A DNA stretch of 64,000 nucleotides from Yuukianura sp. NJ FZ-2021. Lineage: Eukaryota. The stretch lies in assembly GCA_046563655.1 (NCBI GenBank), contig CM102285.1, forward strand, positions 2,418,001 to 2,482,000. The letters run 5' to 3'. The translations under genes were made by a program, and so were the position numbers. Under the pieces are notes generated by a model. That model saw only the letters and a program-made list of their open reading frames with translations, had not been told where the DNA came from and did no database searches. Position 1 is the stretch's first letter, and the number at the start of each line of letters is the position of its first letter. Shown here piece after piece: positions 1-11,951 of the stretch.

Positions 1-1179
1 ATGTTTCCAATGGGATTTATGAACAACCGCCTAGAGTTGTATATGTTTACGCGCGATAACAGAGATATTCATTACCACATTTATGCGGCAAATGTTTCTG
101 AACGTACGGCAGTACAATATCTCTAAACAATACTGCTTTAATTGTGCGGATACACAAAGTTAAAAACCGTATTGAATATAATCTTGTGGAATCTTGCAAA
201 ATCTTGTGAAATTGGAAGAAATGATGTTGGTTTGAATGAGGCCAACCTAACTTAACGCTGAAAACCACACTTTTGATTTTCTCCAAGCTTCGAAGATTCA
301 TGGATTTACTCTATGCATTTCAAAAATGTTGGAAACAAGAACCATTAATTTAAATTAAAATGCTTATGTAAAGGTTGTTGACATCAACGTAAGCGAGGTG
401 ACTACCCGGCTTCCTGGATCATATTCGTCGCCCATATAACGATTTAGTAGTTAGCGTTTCTCTCTTAAATCCAACACCAGCATTGCATTACCGCTTATAA
501 TGAAAATTTATTAGACACCTTTACTTTCCAAATCTAACTTTCTCGCTTCCAAAAAACACCAAAGAAGAAACAACAAACAGATCAATTACCTGTTAGTCAA
601 AAATTTCATCAGCACTGGCAGAATTACGACAGCTTTGAGCAACAAAATGTTGCGTACATCCGTTTTCAACGCTTCCGTCATGTAAAAGGTCATCTACAAA
701 AAGTACCAAAGGTTTATTAAACCTTAATCTATGTAATAGTCAATTGTAAATGAAACAAATTATTCCTTTGCTAACATCATCAAAAGAAACGTTTGATGCG
801 AGTGGATTTGCGAACGTTTTCTCCAAATTTTCGATTATATAACTGTTGAAAATTTTCTGAAGTTTATTATTTTGTCACTCCTCTGTAGCAGCTTTCAGTG
901 CTGAGCAATTTACCAAGCCTTGGATTTCAAATTTTTCAACCATGTCTGGACGTTGATTTTTCTGTAAGGCATGCACTCAATCAAATTGATGTATTTTCAC
1001 AAATAAATAATTTAACTTTATTTAATTTGCAATCGCCTCCACCTTTTCAAGTTGCCATTCTGAAGTGCAAGCTGCACTTCTGCATGCTGCATGTCCAGTT
1101 TTTCCACGAGCGTTCCCCTCGGTATAGAAACGTCGGCGTCAGTGATCCAGCCTGCCTGGGGCAATCTTTTCATAAATGT

Positions 1180-1840
1180 CTACTTATTTTTGAAAAGTCT
1201 TGCAAAATCAGAGACTGCTCTCAACAAGGCAAACTGCATCAATAATGTCGGTAGCGTGATAGAATTCACCCTGTCGACGTTTCCCTTCACAGTCAACACA
1301 CACCCATGCATTTGCAGAAGAGTCTTGGGTGCTAACACGACCCGCGTTTCTTTGGACTTCTTTTCCTTTGACCCCGTCATTCGCACTTTGTGTCGCTGAC
1401 GACAAACTTCATGTTCGCAAGTGGAATCGAACTTGTTCAGGAGCGCTTCAAAATCGGCATAAACGCAATCCAATCGTTTGAGGTCTTGCTCGCCGTTAAT
1501 TACCGTATAACTAGGATTTTTAAGATGTTTTAAACGTATGCTTAACGGAAAGGGTGTCGCTTTCTTAAACGCTTCACAATCGTGGTTTCTGGCTTCTTCA
1601 GCGGCTTGTAGATGCTAGCGTCAGTTCCATCGAAGAATACAGCGATACAGTGGACGGGATAAAGCGTTTTGGAAATCTTCGGTCTCTAGACGCTAAGAAT
1701 TGCACATTTTCCGACGTACTCACCTTTTGAAATATCCGTAACGTCGTTGGTATCGTATCCAAACTGCTCTTGGGTTACCTTGCTATTACCACAAAAGTCC
1801 AGCGTCAATGTGACTAGTTCTTCCGCTTCCAAATTCGAAA
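1180..1840 (-). pseudogene. Possible N-terminal/exonuclease-region fragment of a Polinton-type pPolB (degenerate)
   Basis: ORF 1180-1473 has CVYADFEALL, resembling the (PF)V(I/V)YADFE(S/A)LL ExoI motif of Polinton pPolBs. The upstream frame is broken by stops. Only one motif supports the call. Confidence 0.4.
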
Positions 1841-2429
1841 CCTAACGATAGGATAAACTGGTATTAAAGCAATATCAGTGTCAAATACGTCCTTTGGAGG
1901 TCTGTAATGAAACATGCCTGAAGGTATTTGTCATGGTAATTTCTTTCTCAGAACTAAGTTTCTATAAAACAGGAAAAATGTATGATTATCAAATTTTCAT
2001 AGAATTGTATAACGTAACTCAACTAACTCACCTTCATGAACGTGATGAAAATAAGAGGGCAGGTTCCCTCTTCCGGCTTTTTTCGAAGTGAATCCACTAA
2101 TTTTGTCGGTACCTTAACAACACCGTGAGCATAGTTGTTGTAAAGTGGAATTTTGCTGCAATAATGACTTTGGATCGCTTGTTGGTCAGAGGTTATTGAG
2201 ATGCTATTTTATTGAAATGCAAAACGGAACTGAATATTAAAACAGAATTTCCTAGCTGAGGAAGAACAAAATTCTAAAGCAGAAATAGTTAGAAGAAGTC
2301 AAGGTTCAAGTTAGATTTAGAATTTTGGTTTTGAGTTTGAGAAAATGAAACAATGAACTTTTTCATAAAAGTTCATGAGCATGTGAGTCATTGTGACTCA
2401 TGGCGTCAAAGTTTCAACTCCAAGTTGCT

Positions 2430-2900
2430 ATTTGGAGTGGGGTCAAGATTGACATTTCAACAATAGTACCTCTCATCGCACTCGGTGGGTAATTCCCTTG
2501 TCCAGTGCAGCCATACAGCAGGGATTGCCGTCTGAGTTCGTAATGTGTCCGGAAGTGGCTTCGCTGATTCAATTCATTCAGCGCGATGTATAGGAGAAAC
2601 ATTTTTCAGCATGAAGTACGAATGTACTTCCTGGAGTCCTCGTGGAGTACGGACGAGACCGTTGACACTATATGTGAGCTCGTTACGGTCAGTGTTTGTA
2701 TTTCTGAAATTTTGAAATAAAATTTTAGCATACTTTTAAGCTAAAGTAAACTAAGCCTAACAATTTAGCAATTTCAAACTTACCTGATTGTTATGAATTT
2801 ATCCACCACTGTCGAGTAATCATCGCGAATCACCCGAGGTACTCCATTAGATTTACCTCTCATGTCGAAGCGTAACACTTCCAGGACCCCACTTCCACGA
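2430..2900 (-). pseudogene. Truncated copy C of the clan-CE protease gene (part of exon 1 and exon 2)
   Basis: Translates to ..LEVLRFDMRGKSNGVPRVIRDDYSTVVDKFITIR^NTNTDRNELTYSVNGLVRTPRGLQEVHSYFMLKN.., nearly colinear with intact copy A (..MEVLLLDMRGKHLGVPREIRADYSAVVDRFITIR^NTTTDRDELINMVNGIVRTQRGLQEVHSYFMLKN). Same first intron position. Frameshifts and stops follow. Confidence 0.8.
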
Positions 2901-2904
2901 CACT

Positions 2905-3480
2905 TTCAGGACAAGAGCCGTTCGGCTTCTTCTGATAAATGTTTATTTCCGGAGAGGTTACACTTGATGGTCGGGAGTTTAAGACTTCCGATTGTGTACA
3001 TTTTAGGTCTCGGACTGTAGACATAGGTAATAACGGCCGCAGCAGCTTTGTCTTTGAATTTTCCGAGGACTTTTTTGTTGAAAGGTTTATCAAACTCTCC
3101 AAATTGCGGATGATCTGCTGGATACTCGCTACAGTTCCTTGTTTTCAAACATGTCCCGATACATATCCTCGATTTGAATGTGATTAATGAATGAATCTGC
3201 AAGGAGGTTGGTTTTTGTAATGAATTTTGCCAAAACTAAAAGTAATTTGTGCTTACCAGTATCGGTATATGTCAGACGACACTTGTCTCCATACTTTGCC
3301 TGTGATGGCGATACATGATGCTCTTGGCCAGCTCGAGTACCGTAACTCCTGTGAAGATTGGGGTGGCTAGTTTCACTTGAAGTTTTTTCATCATAAAGAC
3401 ACAAGTCGTCACGTTTATGGGAATTACGTTTCGAACCGTAGGCTCCTTGTTGTAGTATAGCGCTTTCTCAACCGTTGTGA
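2905..3480 (-). pseudogene. Polinton/adintovirus-type protein-primed DNA polymerase B, C-terminal fragment (copy 1), with an intron at 3197-3256
   Basis: Motifs LATPIFTGVTVLELAKSIMY, KYGDKCRLTYTDT^DSFINHI, SEYPADHP, NKKVLGKFKDK and PRPKMY, with frameshifts. Removing the GT..AG intron 3197-3256 restores YTDTDS. Confidence 0.88.
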
Positions 3481-3789
3481 AATTATACCAGCCTATTTTA
3501 ATTTTAGTGTAAGTGTTACATACTTACACTACTATTTTTTTTTCTTAAATATAATAATTAAAAAGAAAATTGCAATTAAAATTTACCTTTTGTTGTTTAT
3601 GCTAAGTGTATTCCCTCCTTTTTTCAAAAATATAACCTTTGTGCCCAGAGCTGAAAGAAAATGAATATATTTATTTTATTTATAAAATAAAATGAATCTT
3701 CAAATGTACTTAACTTATTTCTTATACTAATGTTAATTGCGTACTGTCTTAACTTAGTTTTAACTGACCTAAAGATTTTTTAGAACGAC

Positions 3790-3980
3790 AAAGAAAATCT
3801 GAGTATTCATTATCCCTCTTTATAAATTGAAATCTCAGAATTCGGGGTATTAGTCTCCCTTTACTACTAAACTAAAATTTTTAATTCAGAGAATTAGTCA
3901 CCCCTTAGTGCTAAGTTCGAATTTGTGAATTCAGGGGATTAGTCTTCCCTTACTTGCTAAATTAGAATTTTTAAATTCAG
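3790..3980. repeat. Degenerate ~44-bp tandem repeat (3-4 units)
   Basis: Recurring AATTCAGGGGATTAGTC(T/A)CCCTTA..CTAAA..AATTT units. Confidence 0.6.
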
Positions 3981-5479
3981 GTAATTACATTCGGTTGTAG
4001 TGAACCTTGCTTCAACCTAACTTGCACACATCTATCCATGTAATCGGCGTATTAGTTACCTGTGTTTTTGCTTTTTAAGTTAGATAAAAATTAAATGTTC
4101 TAAATTAACTTTAAACGTTAAAAATTGTTTTTAGAGGGTCATTGTTTGACAATTATGTTCTCAAGAAATTAATAATGACTTAAGCACGTAAAAACCCAAC
4201 AGTCCCAAATTGTTCAGCACCAAAAGCCGAGTCTCAAAGTCATCTTTGCTTTACATTCTATGGTTGAGTCTACCATTTTGCTAAAAAATTTGACTTGTAA
4301 AAGTTTGTCATGGATAAATTTTCCATTTTTGTTTTGAGTTTATGTATTTGTGAATATATTTATAAATTCCAATATCTTCTTCTGGAAAGTTTCTTTGTCT
4401 ACCTTGTGAGATGAAGCTTCTGTGTCAGCGATGGTGGTTAATTCATCCAGCTCCTTCTTCTGGTATTCCAAGTCACTTTCCTCGTCTCTTAAGAACGCGT
4501 CCAGCAGTTTTTGTCCAATAGCCTCCATTACAGCTCTCCGCCTTGTCAGCCTAAAAGAGAGAAAGGAACAAAAATGAATTGAGCAGTGATTTGGTAACAC
4601 ATGATTTTTCTCTTGATTACTAAACTAGTATATTAATTGATGAAAACTTTGTATATGCGACAACTGTAGTTTCCATCACCTTTGTTTCACTGCATTCGGC
4701 AACATGAAGAAGGGAAACTTCCTAATTGTGTCATCCGAAACGTTTCCAAACGTTGTTACCGAAATTTTTTGATTATCTACAAGTAAAAAAGATTATGCTT
4801 TAAAAACTTGAGAATGCTTGGCTTATGAAACACAAAGGTTCAAATGAAAATCTTGTTTGTACCATTCGGTCCAGTAAATGCTGTCAAGGCAATCCCGATG
4901 CCTACAAGAAGGCCGACGGTGATTGCTACATGAAGTAGAAGATGAGTATCGGTGTACATTTTTTGTGAATTGAGTGGATCTGAACTTCGAGCTCCTTTCT
5001 CGTCAGTGGTTGAGTGTAGAATGTAAGGTTGTGTAGATGTGTTTTCTTCCTTGTATACTTTCACAGCATGATGGACAATGCGCTGGGGTAGACATTCCAA
5101 TAAGTTAATAATAATAAGCTCTTCATCGCTTGAGCAGACGCTACGGCAAGAAGAAAAGTTTAAAAAAATAAAATAAAAGCCTATTTTTAATTGATCTAAT
5201 TTTCTAAACCTTTATGTTGAGCTTCTACTCGATGGCTTCACTCTTACGACTGACCTTAAGCCTTGTGCACTTGAAGTTGAAATTTTGTTCTGAAATTGAT
5301 AATTAGTTAAATCTTGTGCATAAATTTTTTATTGTTATTTTTTAATATAATAAAAATATAATTATAACAAGAGTTGTAAGTATAAAAATTAAAATAATAT
5401 AAAATTTACATAGTATAATAATTTATCAAATATAAAATGTATCAAAATCGGATAATAACAAATACATAAAAATAGAAAA

Positions 5480-6861
5480 AATCATGCCAAAATTTATGCG
5501 TCTGGATCTTTTAACTCTGCATCCATGGCCATGGCCATGGTACAGAGCCATGAGCTACCTAGTGTCCAGAACGTCGTCTTTTTTAAACATACCTTGAACA
5601 TTAGCCTTTTGATGTTCTATAACAAGTCGCGCAGCATGAGCAGCGATTCTTCCACAGTTGCCGTCGGGTCCCATATTCAAGCAGAGCTAGGTCGGTTGTT
5701 CCAGTACAAAATATCAGTACGTCAAAACTTTTTTGCCAGAACTATACTCACCAACCTTCTCATATTCCGAAGCAAGTCCGGCTTGAAGGTGTTGTACATA
5801 TAGGCTTCCCTAAAAAGATAAAAGTTAATTGTTAAAGTGAATACTTATTTGATCATGTATGCTTATTTGTAAAGTAACTTACCAATTAATGATATCAATC
5901 ACCGTCATAAGAAGATGACCCGGAACTCAAACGGGGAGGATGAAAATCTCCGTATCGTTCGGCAGAGCCCAGAATGCAACCTCCATTACTGCAAAGACTT
6001 CCCAAGTCGGCTCCATGAATTGACGTACCCTCAAATCGGTGATGGAGCAGACGAAGCCCTTCTGAATATCTTCTTTTATGTAGTGTGGCGCAACCCTGAA
6101 CGCCAATTCTGGAGAGATGTACTGGATCCTGCTGTTATGATTCTGGAGCATCAACCTCTGTAAAAACAATATATCATAATTAGAAAAAAAAATTCAAAAT
6201 AATTACAACAAATTACACGCATGAAAACCAAAAACACGTTCAGCGGAGTTCCACGTTCCGGCGTATCTCTGAAACTATTAACCGATGTTTCCGCAAGTTT
6301 GAGGAAGCCGTGATCATAATAAGATTCCCGGCATCTCACGTTGTCCAGATACTCATGATCCCATACCAGCCACTCGCCTGGAATTTCGGATTTGGAGAGT
6401 TTCAGATTGGGCAGCGGCTTTTCGTTGGCGGAGTCAATCCAACTTATACGATGCTTTGCCGGCACATTGTTCATCATAAAGTACGAATGCACTTCATGAA
6501 TTCCCCGACGACGTCGCACAAAATCATTGACAAAGAGAAGCTTTTGATTTGTGTTGGATTTTCTGAAAAAAAAGGTTAGGTTAGCCAACTAGGATGTAAT
6601 TGACTTTGTTAATTACTTACCTTTGTTTGATGAATTTTGAAACGACGTCAGTATAGTCGTTTCGGATTTTCCTTGGAATTGACGAAGGTTTTCCTCGGAC
6701 ATCAAAAAACACAACTTCCAGAGTTCCTTCCAGTGCTTGTGAAAATAGTATGGAAGCTGTCGCTCCGCTTGAGGAGATAACCCTACCGATTCACGATACC
6801 TCCTGTTCACATCCGCTAACCTGTACACTTCTTCCATGTAATACTGCTTCCAAGGATCCAA
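5480..6861 (-). pseudogene. Copy B of the clan-CE (Ulp1/adenain-like) protease gene, 4 exons, disrupted
   Basis: Exons colinear with copy A (RGIHEVHSYFMMNN, YYDHGFLKLA, PNDTEIFILPV*VPGHLLMTVIDIINW, PDGNCGRIAAHAARLVIEH). In-frame TGA just before the catalytic His, and a stop plus frameshift in the last exon. Same intron positions as copy A. Confidence 0.82.
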
Positions 6862-7059
6862 TTTGAAAAAAATTCAATACTTGTTTTATTTTTTCCTAAT
6901 CCTAATCCGGAAAAGGTCGAAGGTCACCTTTTCCAAGAATACAAGGTCATTGGCATTTGTCAATTAACTTTAAATGTCGATTAACTAAACTTTTTTTGTT
7001 GTCGACATTTTTGTTGTTGATATGTTTCATCCTTTGAGATTCTCGTTGTTGACATTTTT

Positions 7060-8176
7060 GAGGCCATTTCTTAAGTACAATGCGAGATATGAAAAATTAG
7101 AGCGGTTTGATACACTAGCACTCTACTATTGTGACCATCGTTTGGACGTTTTCGCGCAAGACTTTTTCGTAGTCTTCAAATTTCATCTGACTGCTGTTTT
7201 CGTGATTCCCTTTGCCTTCTTGGTGTATTCGTCCTTGAAGTTACCATGAACCGTTAGGCTTCTTCTGATAAATGTTTTTCCAGAGAAGTCACGCTTGATG
7301 GTTTGGAGTTTGAGACTTCGGATTGTATACACCTTTGGCCGAGGGCAGCGGACAGTATGTATGTAATGGCAGCACCAGCAGCTTCATCTTTGAATTTTCG
7401 CAATATGTGCTTGTTTGTCGGATCGTGAAAGTTTCCGAACAATGGGTGATCTGACGGGTATTCGCTCATATCGTAGCGTTCCTTATGCTGCAGCATGTCT
7501 TCGTAAACGTCATTTGTTTGGATGTGATAGATGAAGGAATCTACAACAAAATATAATTAGCAACTGAAATGCTAAATTTTAAGAGTTAAAAAAAGTACCT
7601 GTATCAGTGTAAATGAGTTTGCACTTGTCGCCATATCGAGCGTGCATCACCACTCTGTGATGCCGATACATAATACTTTTGGCAAAGTCTAAAACGCTAA
7701 CGTCAGTGAATATTAGCTTGTTGAGTGTTACTTGGAGCATGTTCATAATGAAAATGCACGTGGTTTCATTGATTGGAATAACATTCTGGACGGTGGGCTT
7801 CTTGTTGTAGTACAAAACCTTTTCAGTAGTCAGTGACAACTCGAACGTTCTATCGATTCCTGACTTGCTCTGTGGTTTTACAAAAAGCAGAGTTGTTGAG
7901 GAGTTTCCAAAAATCGTTTGCAAAGTCGCTTGTAGCCTACTTCTTCATTTCAATGTTGAAATCGATGAATTCCTTCATCCATGGACGCTGGGTGAAGGAA
8001 ATACCGTGGTGGACCTTTGCCACCTTGACACCCATCGTGCGATACTTTTTCAGCACTTTTTCTTGGTGTAGAATGTAGTTTGTCTTGTTATTCAAATCTG
8101 CAACCAGTTTCTTCACTTTAAAGACTCCTGGTCCTGTTCCAAGATCTTTCAAGGGTTGGTGCTGATGACTGGACAA
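7060..8176 (-). pseudogene. Polinton/adintovirus-type pPolB, polymerase-domain fragment (copy 2), with an intron at 7541-7598
   Basis: Motifs KKLVADLNNKTNYILH, VHHGISFTQRPWMKEFIDFN, FWKLLNNSAFCKTTEQVRNR (motif B), VSVLDFAKSIMY, KLIYTDT^DSFIYHI (motif C), YDMSEYPSDHP, NKHILRKFKDE and KKAKGITK..KFEDYEKVL. Several stops and frameshifts. Confidence 0.92.
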
Positions 8177-8189
8177 CTCATTGTAACTG

Positions 8190-8540
8190 TTCTGGTGACT
8201 AGAGCGAATTTTTAAGAATCTCTTTTACTTGAGCTGTAATCGATTCGGTTGACTCTCCCGCAGAGTGTTGTAGCCCGTGTAGTATGAGATTTCATTTGTT
8301 AAAGTTAATTAGAATATTTTCGATCTCACGGTCGTGACTACTTAAGTGGTGACTGATCTGTTTGTTGGTGGCCTCTACTTCGTTCACTTTGGTTTGGAGT
8401 GCCGTGATACATGTTGTGATTAACTGTATTTGATTCGTAAGCTCAATGTGATTGTGATCCATTCTGTCGCTCAGTTTGTTGATGGCCGCCAGTACCGCAG
8501 CTAGATTTCAGATTTGCTTCTGTCATTTTGGTAACTTTGG
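8190..8540 (-). mobile_element. Decayed non-LTR retrotransposon ORF1-like fragment abutting pPolB copy 2
   Basis: Coiled-coil-like LAAINKLSDRMD..LQTKVNEVEATNKQI..DREIENI followed by NLILHGLQHSAGESTESITAQVKEILKNSL, the pattern of LINE ORF1 coiled-coil/RRM junctions. Contains stops. Confidence 0.45.
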
Positions 8541-9978
8541 TTGATTGCGAAATTTCTAATTCGGATTTCAGTTTCTTTCCTCTTGTGTTGGCTGGTTGGA
8601 TTGAGTTCTGTATTGGTAAGTGGTGATATCTGTAGGTTAGAAAATATTTTGGCAGTATTTCATGGTAACAATACTTGGTTGGTTTTTGACGTATCAGTCA
8701 TAAACTTATCTGTAATTGATAAGTCAGATGGTTCTGCAGAGAGCAAGAACTGACTATGCAAGCAGGCAGCCACTTGTCTCTGATCAGCTGTTGTATCCGG
8801 AGTCACTGATTCTTGTATTTTGGTTACTGTCCAAGTTGACCTAATCCAGTGTCCCTTGTATCCAGAAGTCCTTATATCAACGTCCTGGTCACTCAGTGGT
8901 GGTCCTCAGTCACTGGTGAAGCATACTTTGTGCAATAGACTTCGATGTTGGAGTTGCAATCTTTCAACACATCATTAGCTTTAAGTGGAGCGGTTGCGCC
9001 TTATTTAATTAGTCCACAACACAAAAGGATGGCGCAGAAACTTCTCATTGTCACAAAAATTCAACTGGAGCAGATAACAAAAAACGGTATTGGATTAGAG
9101 TTTTGTTTCTAGTATACAACGAAAGTAATAGAAAAAAGAGGTTGGGCATCAGTAAGATGTGAAGATTTGGATTCTGTTCCTGATGATTCATAACACAACC
9201 TTCTAAACACACTTCGACGAGCGAGGAAATCTCGCTCGTCGATTCCATTTCCGGATTTGAATGTTAAGCTTCAAAGTTCTGCAGTTCGCTTACTGAATGA
9301 TCAGTCGAGAGGAAAAATAGAATCAACTTGGAAAGGAGAAATGAAATTTCCTTCATTTCTACCATTATACAGTAGCGCTCTCTCCTGATGTCGCCTTTCT
9401 GACCGCCTTCATTTTGTTTTCACCAGCAGTACTGTACTATCTTAGCTTGGACCTATCTTACGTTGAAATTTTTTAAAGAAGAAAACCAGCAACCTAAATA
9501 ATGAAGTATATCTTTGATGGAGGAACTCTATAAACATAACTTCGTATTACCACATTTGAGGGGTTACGTTCCGCCAAAAGTTGGCGACAGGGCAAGTACA
9601 TTGTTTACTTTGATCCAGGATTTGTTCAGACATAAAAATGAAATCATCAGAAATGTATTGTTGTTTCGGAGTTGGATAATTTTTACGAACATAAACCACT
9701 GGTTCAAATGACATCCACCAGAATGAGCACGAAATGTTAGTTTGTACTCTGACACATTGGGTTCAGCAGCTATTGACTATTGACGCTATGTTTTTGTTCA
9801 GCTCGACGTACTGACAACGGATTTGCCAACAGGCTTACGCAAGAAGTTTTGCCCAGTCTCAAGTTACCCTCCAGTATGCTGAAGAGTACCAAGTTCCGTT
9901 GTAGCAACAAAAATGTCTTCCGAATTCTGACGTCTGACAAACTGATCTCATAATTGTGGACGTTGTGAAGTGGCATAT

Positions 9979-10247
9979 TCATGCTTCAGCGTCATGAGAT
10001 GCCGTTCCGTGTCGTGTTATCTGCATGCTTGGCAACTCTCTCGAATCACGGCCATTCTCCATGTAAATCTGGAAGAGGTATCCCATGAGTTTCGGCACAT
10101 CTTCAAAGTCAATGGCAGTGGCGCTCCTGTTTTGACGTATATTGATCGCTTTGTCTTCCCCCCGTTTACTAAACCAGCACAATAACAACTTGTCGTTCAC
10201 TGGATGAGGTCTCCTTTGCCGACTGATGGATTTCCTTGAAGCCATTG
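9979..10247 (-). CDS. Small hypothetical protein (basic N-terminus MASRKSISRQRR)
   Basis: Open ORF in a tightly packed minus-strand run; no recognisable domain. Confidence 0.3.
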
Positions 10248-10367
10248 TTGTTTGCTTAGCATAGAGTAAAAGTATCTTTGTTTTTCTCACTTTTTATTAA
10301 TTCAATATGTTATACAAACTGACACCAACAAGTACGATTCCACATTTATAAAATACAATAAAAGTCT

Positions 10368-10676
10368 TCATTCTCTCTTTATTTTTTTCAGAATAAAAAA
10401 TGCGAACCACTTGGTTAGTCTATCATATAGGACCCGTTCTGATGCAATTCCGATTGTGTCTATCTCTCCAATCCATGCGGTTAAAACGTCTGCCACATTT
10501 TTCGCAGCCGAACGTAACAGGTGCCTCCGCATGAAACGTGTTGGAATGACGGTAGTAATTGTAAGGCTTTGAAAATGTTTTAGGGCAATCCGGGCACTAA
10601 ACTCTATTTGTGCCAGGAACGTACAGCCTAATGTGACGTGATGGGTGATGTATGGGGAAAATGGGTTCAGCGACAT
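10368..10676 (-). CDS. Hypothetical 102-aa protein
   Basis: ATG lies 2 nt after the chromodomain gene's stop (TAG TA ATG); followed by an AT-rich stretch. Confidence 0.3.
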   Translation of the reverse strand: MSLNPFSPYITHHVTLGCTFLAQIEFSARIALKHFQSLTITTVIPTRFMRRHLLRSAAKNVADVLTAWIGEIDTIGIASERVLYDRLTKWFAFFILKKIKRE

Positions 10677-10678
10677 TA

Positions 10679-11951
10679 CTAGGATCGTCCTTTTCGTTGC
10701 TTACGGGACGACGACACTTCAACTTTTTTGAAGAATTTATGGGGGGTCAGTGGGCTTGCGATACATAGCTGGAGCTCACCATCAGCGATAAGCGAACCAT
10801 TGGCATCCTCGAGAACATTGTCGTGAGTTGGACTGAAAGCATGAGATGGCGACGGTTCGATGTCTGACGGAAATAGACAACGACGAGGCGAGATGGCAGC
10901 ATCATCCCCAGCAGCATGTTTCTGCTCCCACTCTTCATTTGCAGCTTGAATGTCGTACGGCGCTCCTATATCCAGACGCTTCTCGCATTCGCTAATCAAA
11001 TAGCCAGCATCAACATTTCCGGACAATTCGTATGAGAATCTGTGACAAAAGAAAAATGTATCAACCGACTCAATGAATAGCTGAATATTGTGTAAAACAA
11101 TACCTGTCACCGGAAGAATCATATGACGGCCCAAAATCCACTTCATAGTAAGTATGGCCTAGATGGTCCACCAGAATGTCCCTAATGCCAACTATGTCAT
11201 ACTCCGTCCCACCCACGGTCGTCGTTGTATTCTTCCTTTGAGGTGGCTTATATGGAACCAGGTCGGATGGGCTAGATGGAGGTGACTCTTCTTCGGTGTA
11301 ATCTGGCCGCCCCTGATAGTCCTGTAACATAATAATGACAATTCATGTACTATAAACAAGCAAACAATATTATATGTTCTTTACGCCAGATAGTTGACTT
11401 ACAAACGGATCAAAGAACCGTCGTGGACCACCAACACTAGTACCTGGCCGTGGTTCCGGCTGGACCTACACCAAATACATAAAGTCTAACATTGAACACA
11501 CAATTAAACAACTGACAAATTGATAAAAACATACCACCGCCTGTTGACGCATCCTTGGCCTTCTCTTCACAAACTTTGGCTGCTCACAGTCAAGGACATT
11601 GTACAAAAATTTTTACACAACAATCAAAAAAAAATAGTTGACATCAAACAAAACAAATATAATACTTACAGATGACGACGACCCGCCCAACCTATGACTG
11701 ACTTGTTTTTTGCCACGCACCTGCTCACACGTTTGCGTCACAACTTTTCGACGATCAACACTATCAAACACCTATAATCAATAACAAAAATTACAACCAA
11801 CTGATCAACACTAACTTAGTTAATCTAACAGTAGTAAACATACCTGGTTTGACCACGAACTGTCTGCATTCTCAACTCCACGTGCTACCTCGTCAATTGT
11901 AAGCTCTAGAAGAGTTGCACAGCACGAAGAATCTTTCATAACACGAACCAT
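10679..11951 (-). CDS. Six-exon chromodomain-containing protein (~298 aa)
   Basis: Exons ~11844-11951, 11670-11771, 11535-11579, 11403-11465, 11104-11321 and 10679-11039 join through GT-AG introns into one open frame. The spliced sequence TEYDIVGIRDILVDHLGHTYYEVDFGPSYDSSGDR^FSYELSGNVDAGYLISECEKR fits the chromodomain pattern. Confidence 0.72.

Noticed and set aside
3790-3980. CRISPR-like appearance of the short repeats here and at 23424-23515
   Set aside because: Contiguous degenerate tandem units without unique spacers, no cas genes, and a eukaryotic context.
4340-5290. Exon-like minus-strand segments with a few Cys/His residues (possible PHD remnant)
   Set aside because: I could not build an open spliced frame or a complete zinc-ligand pattern.
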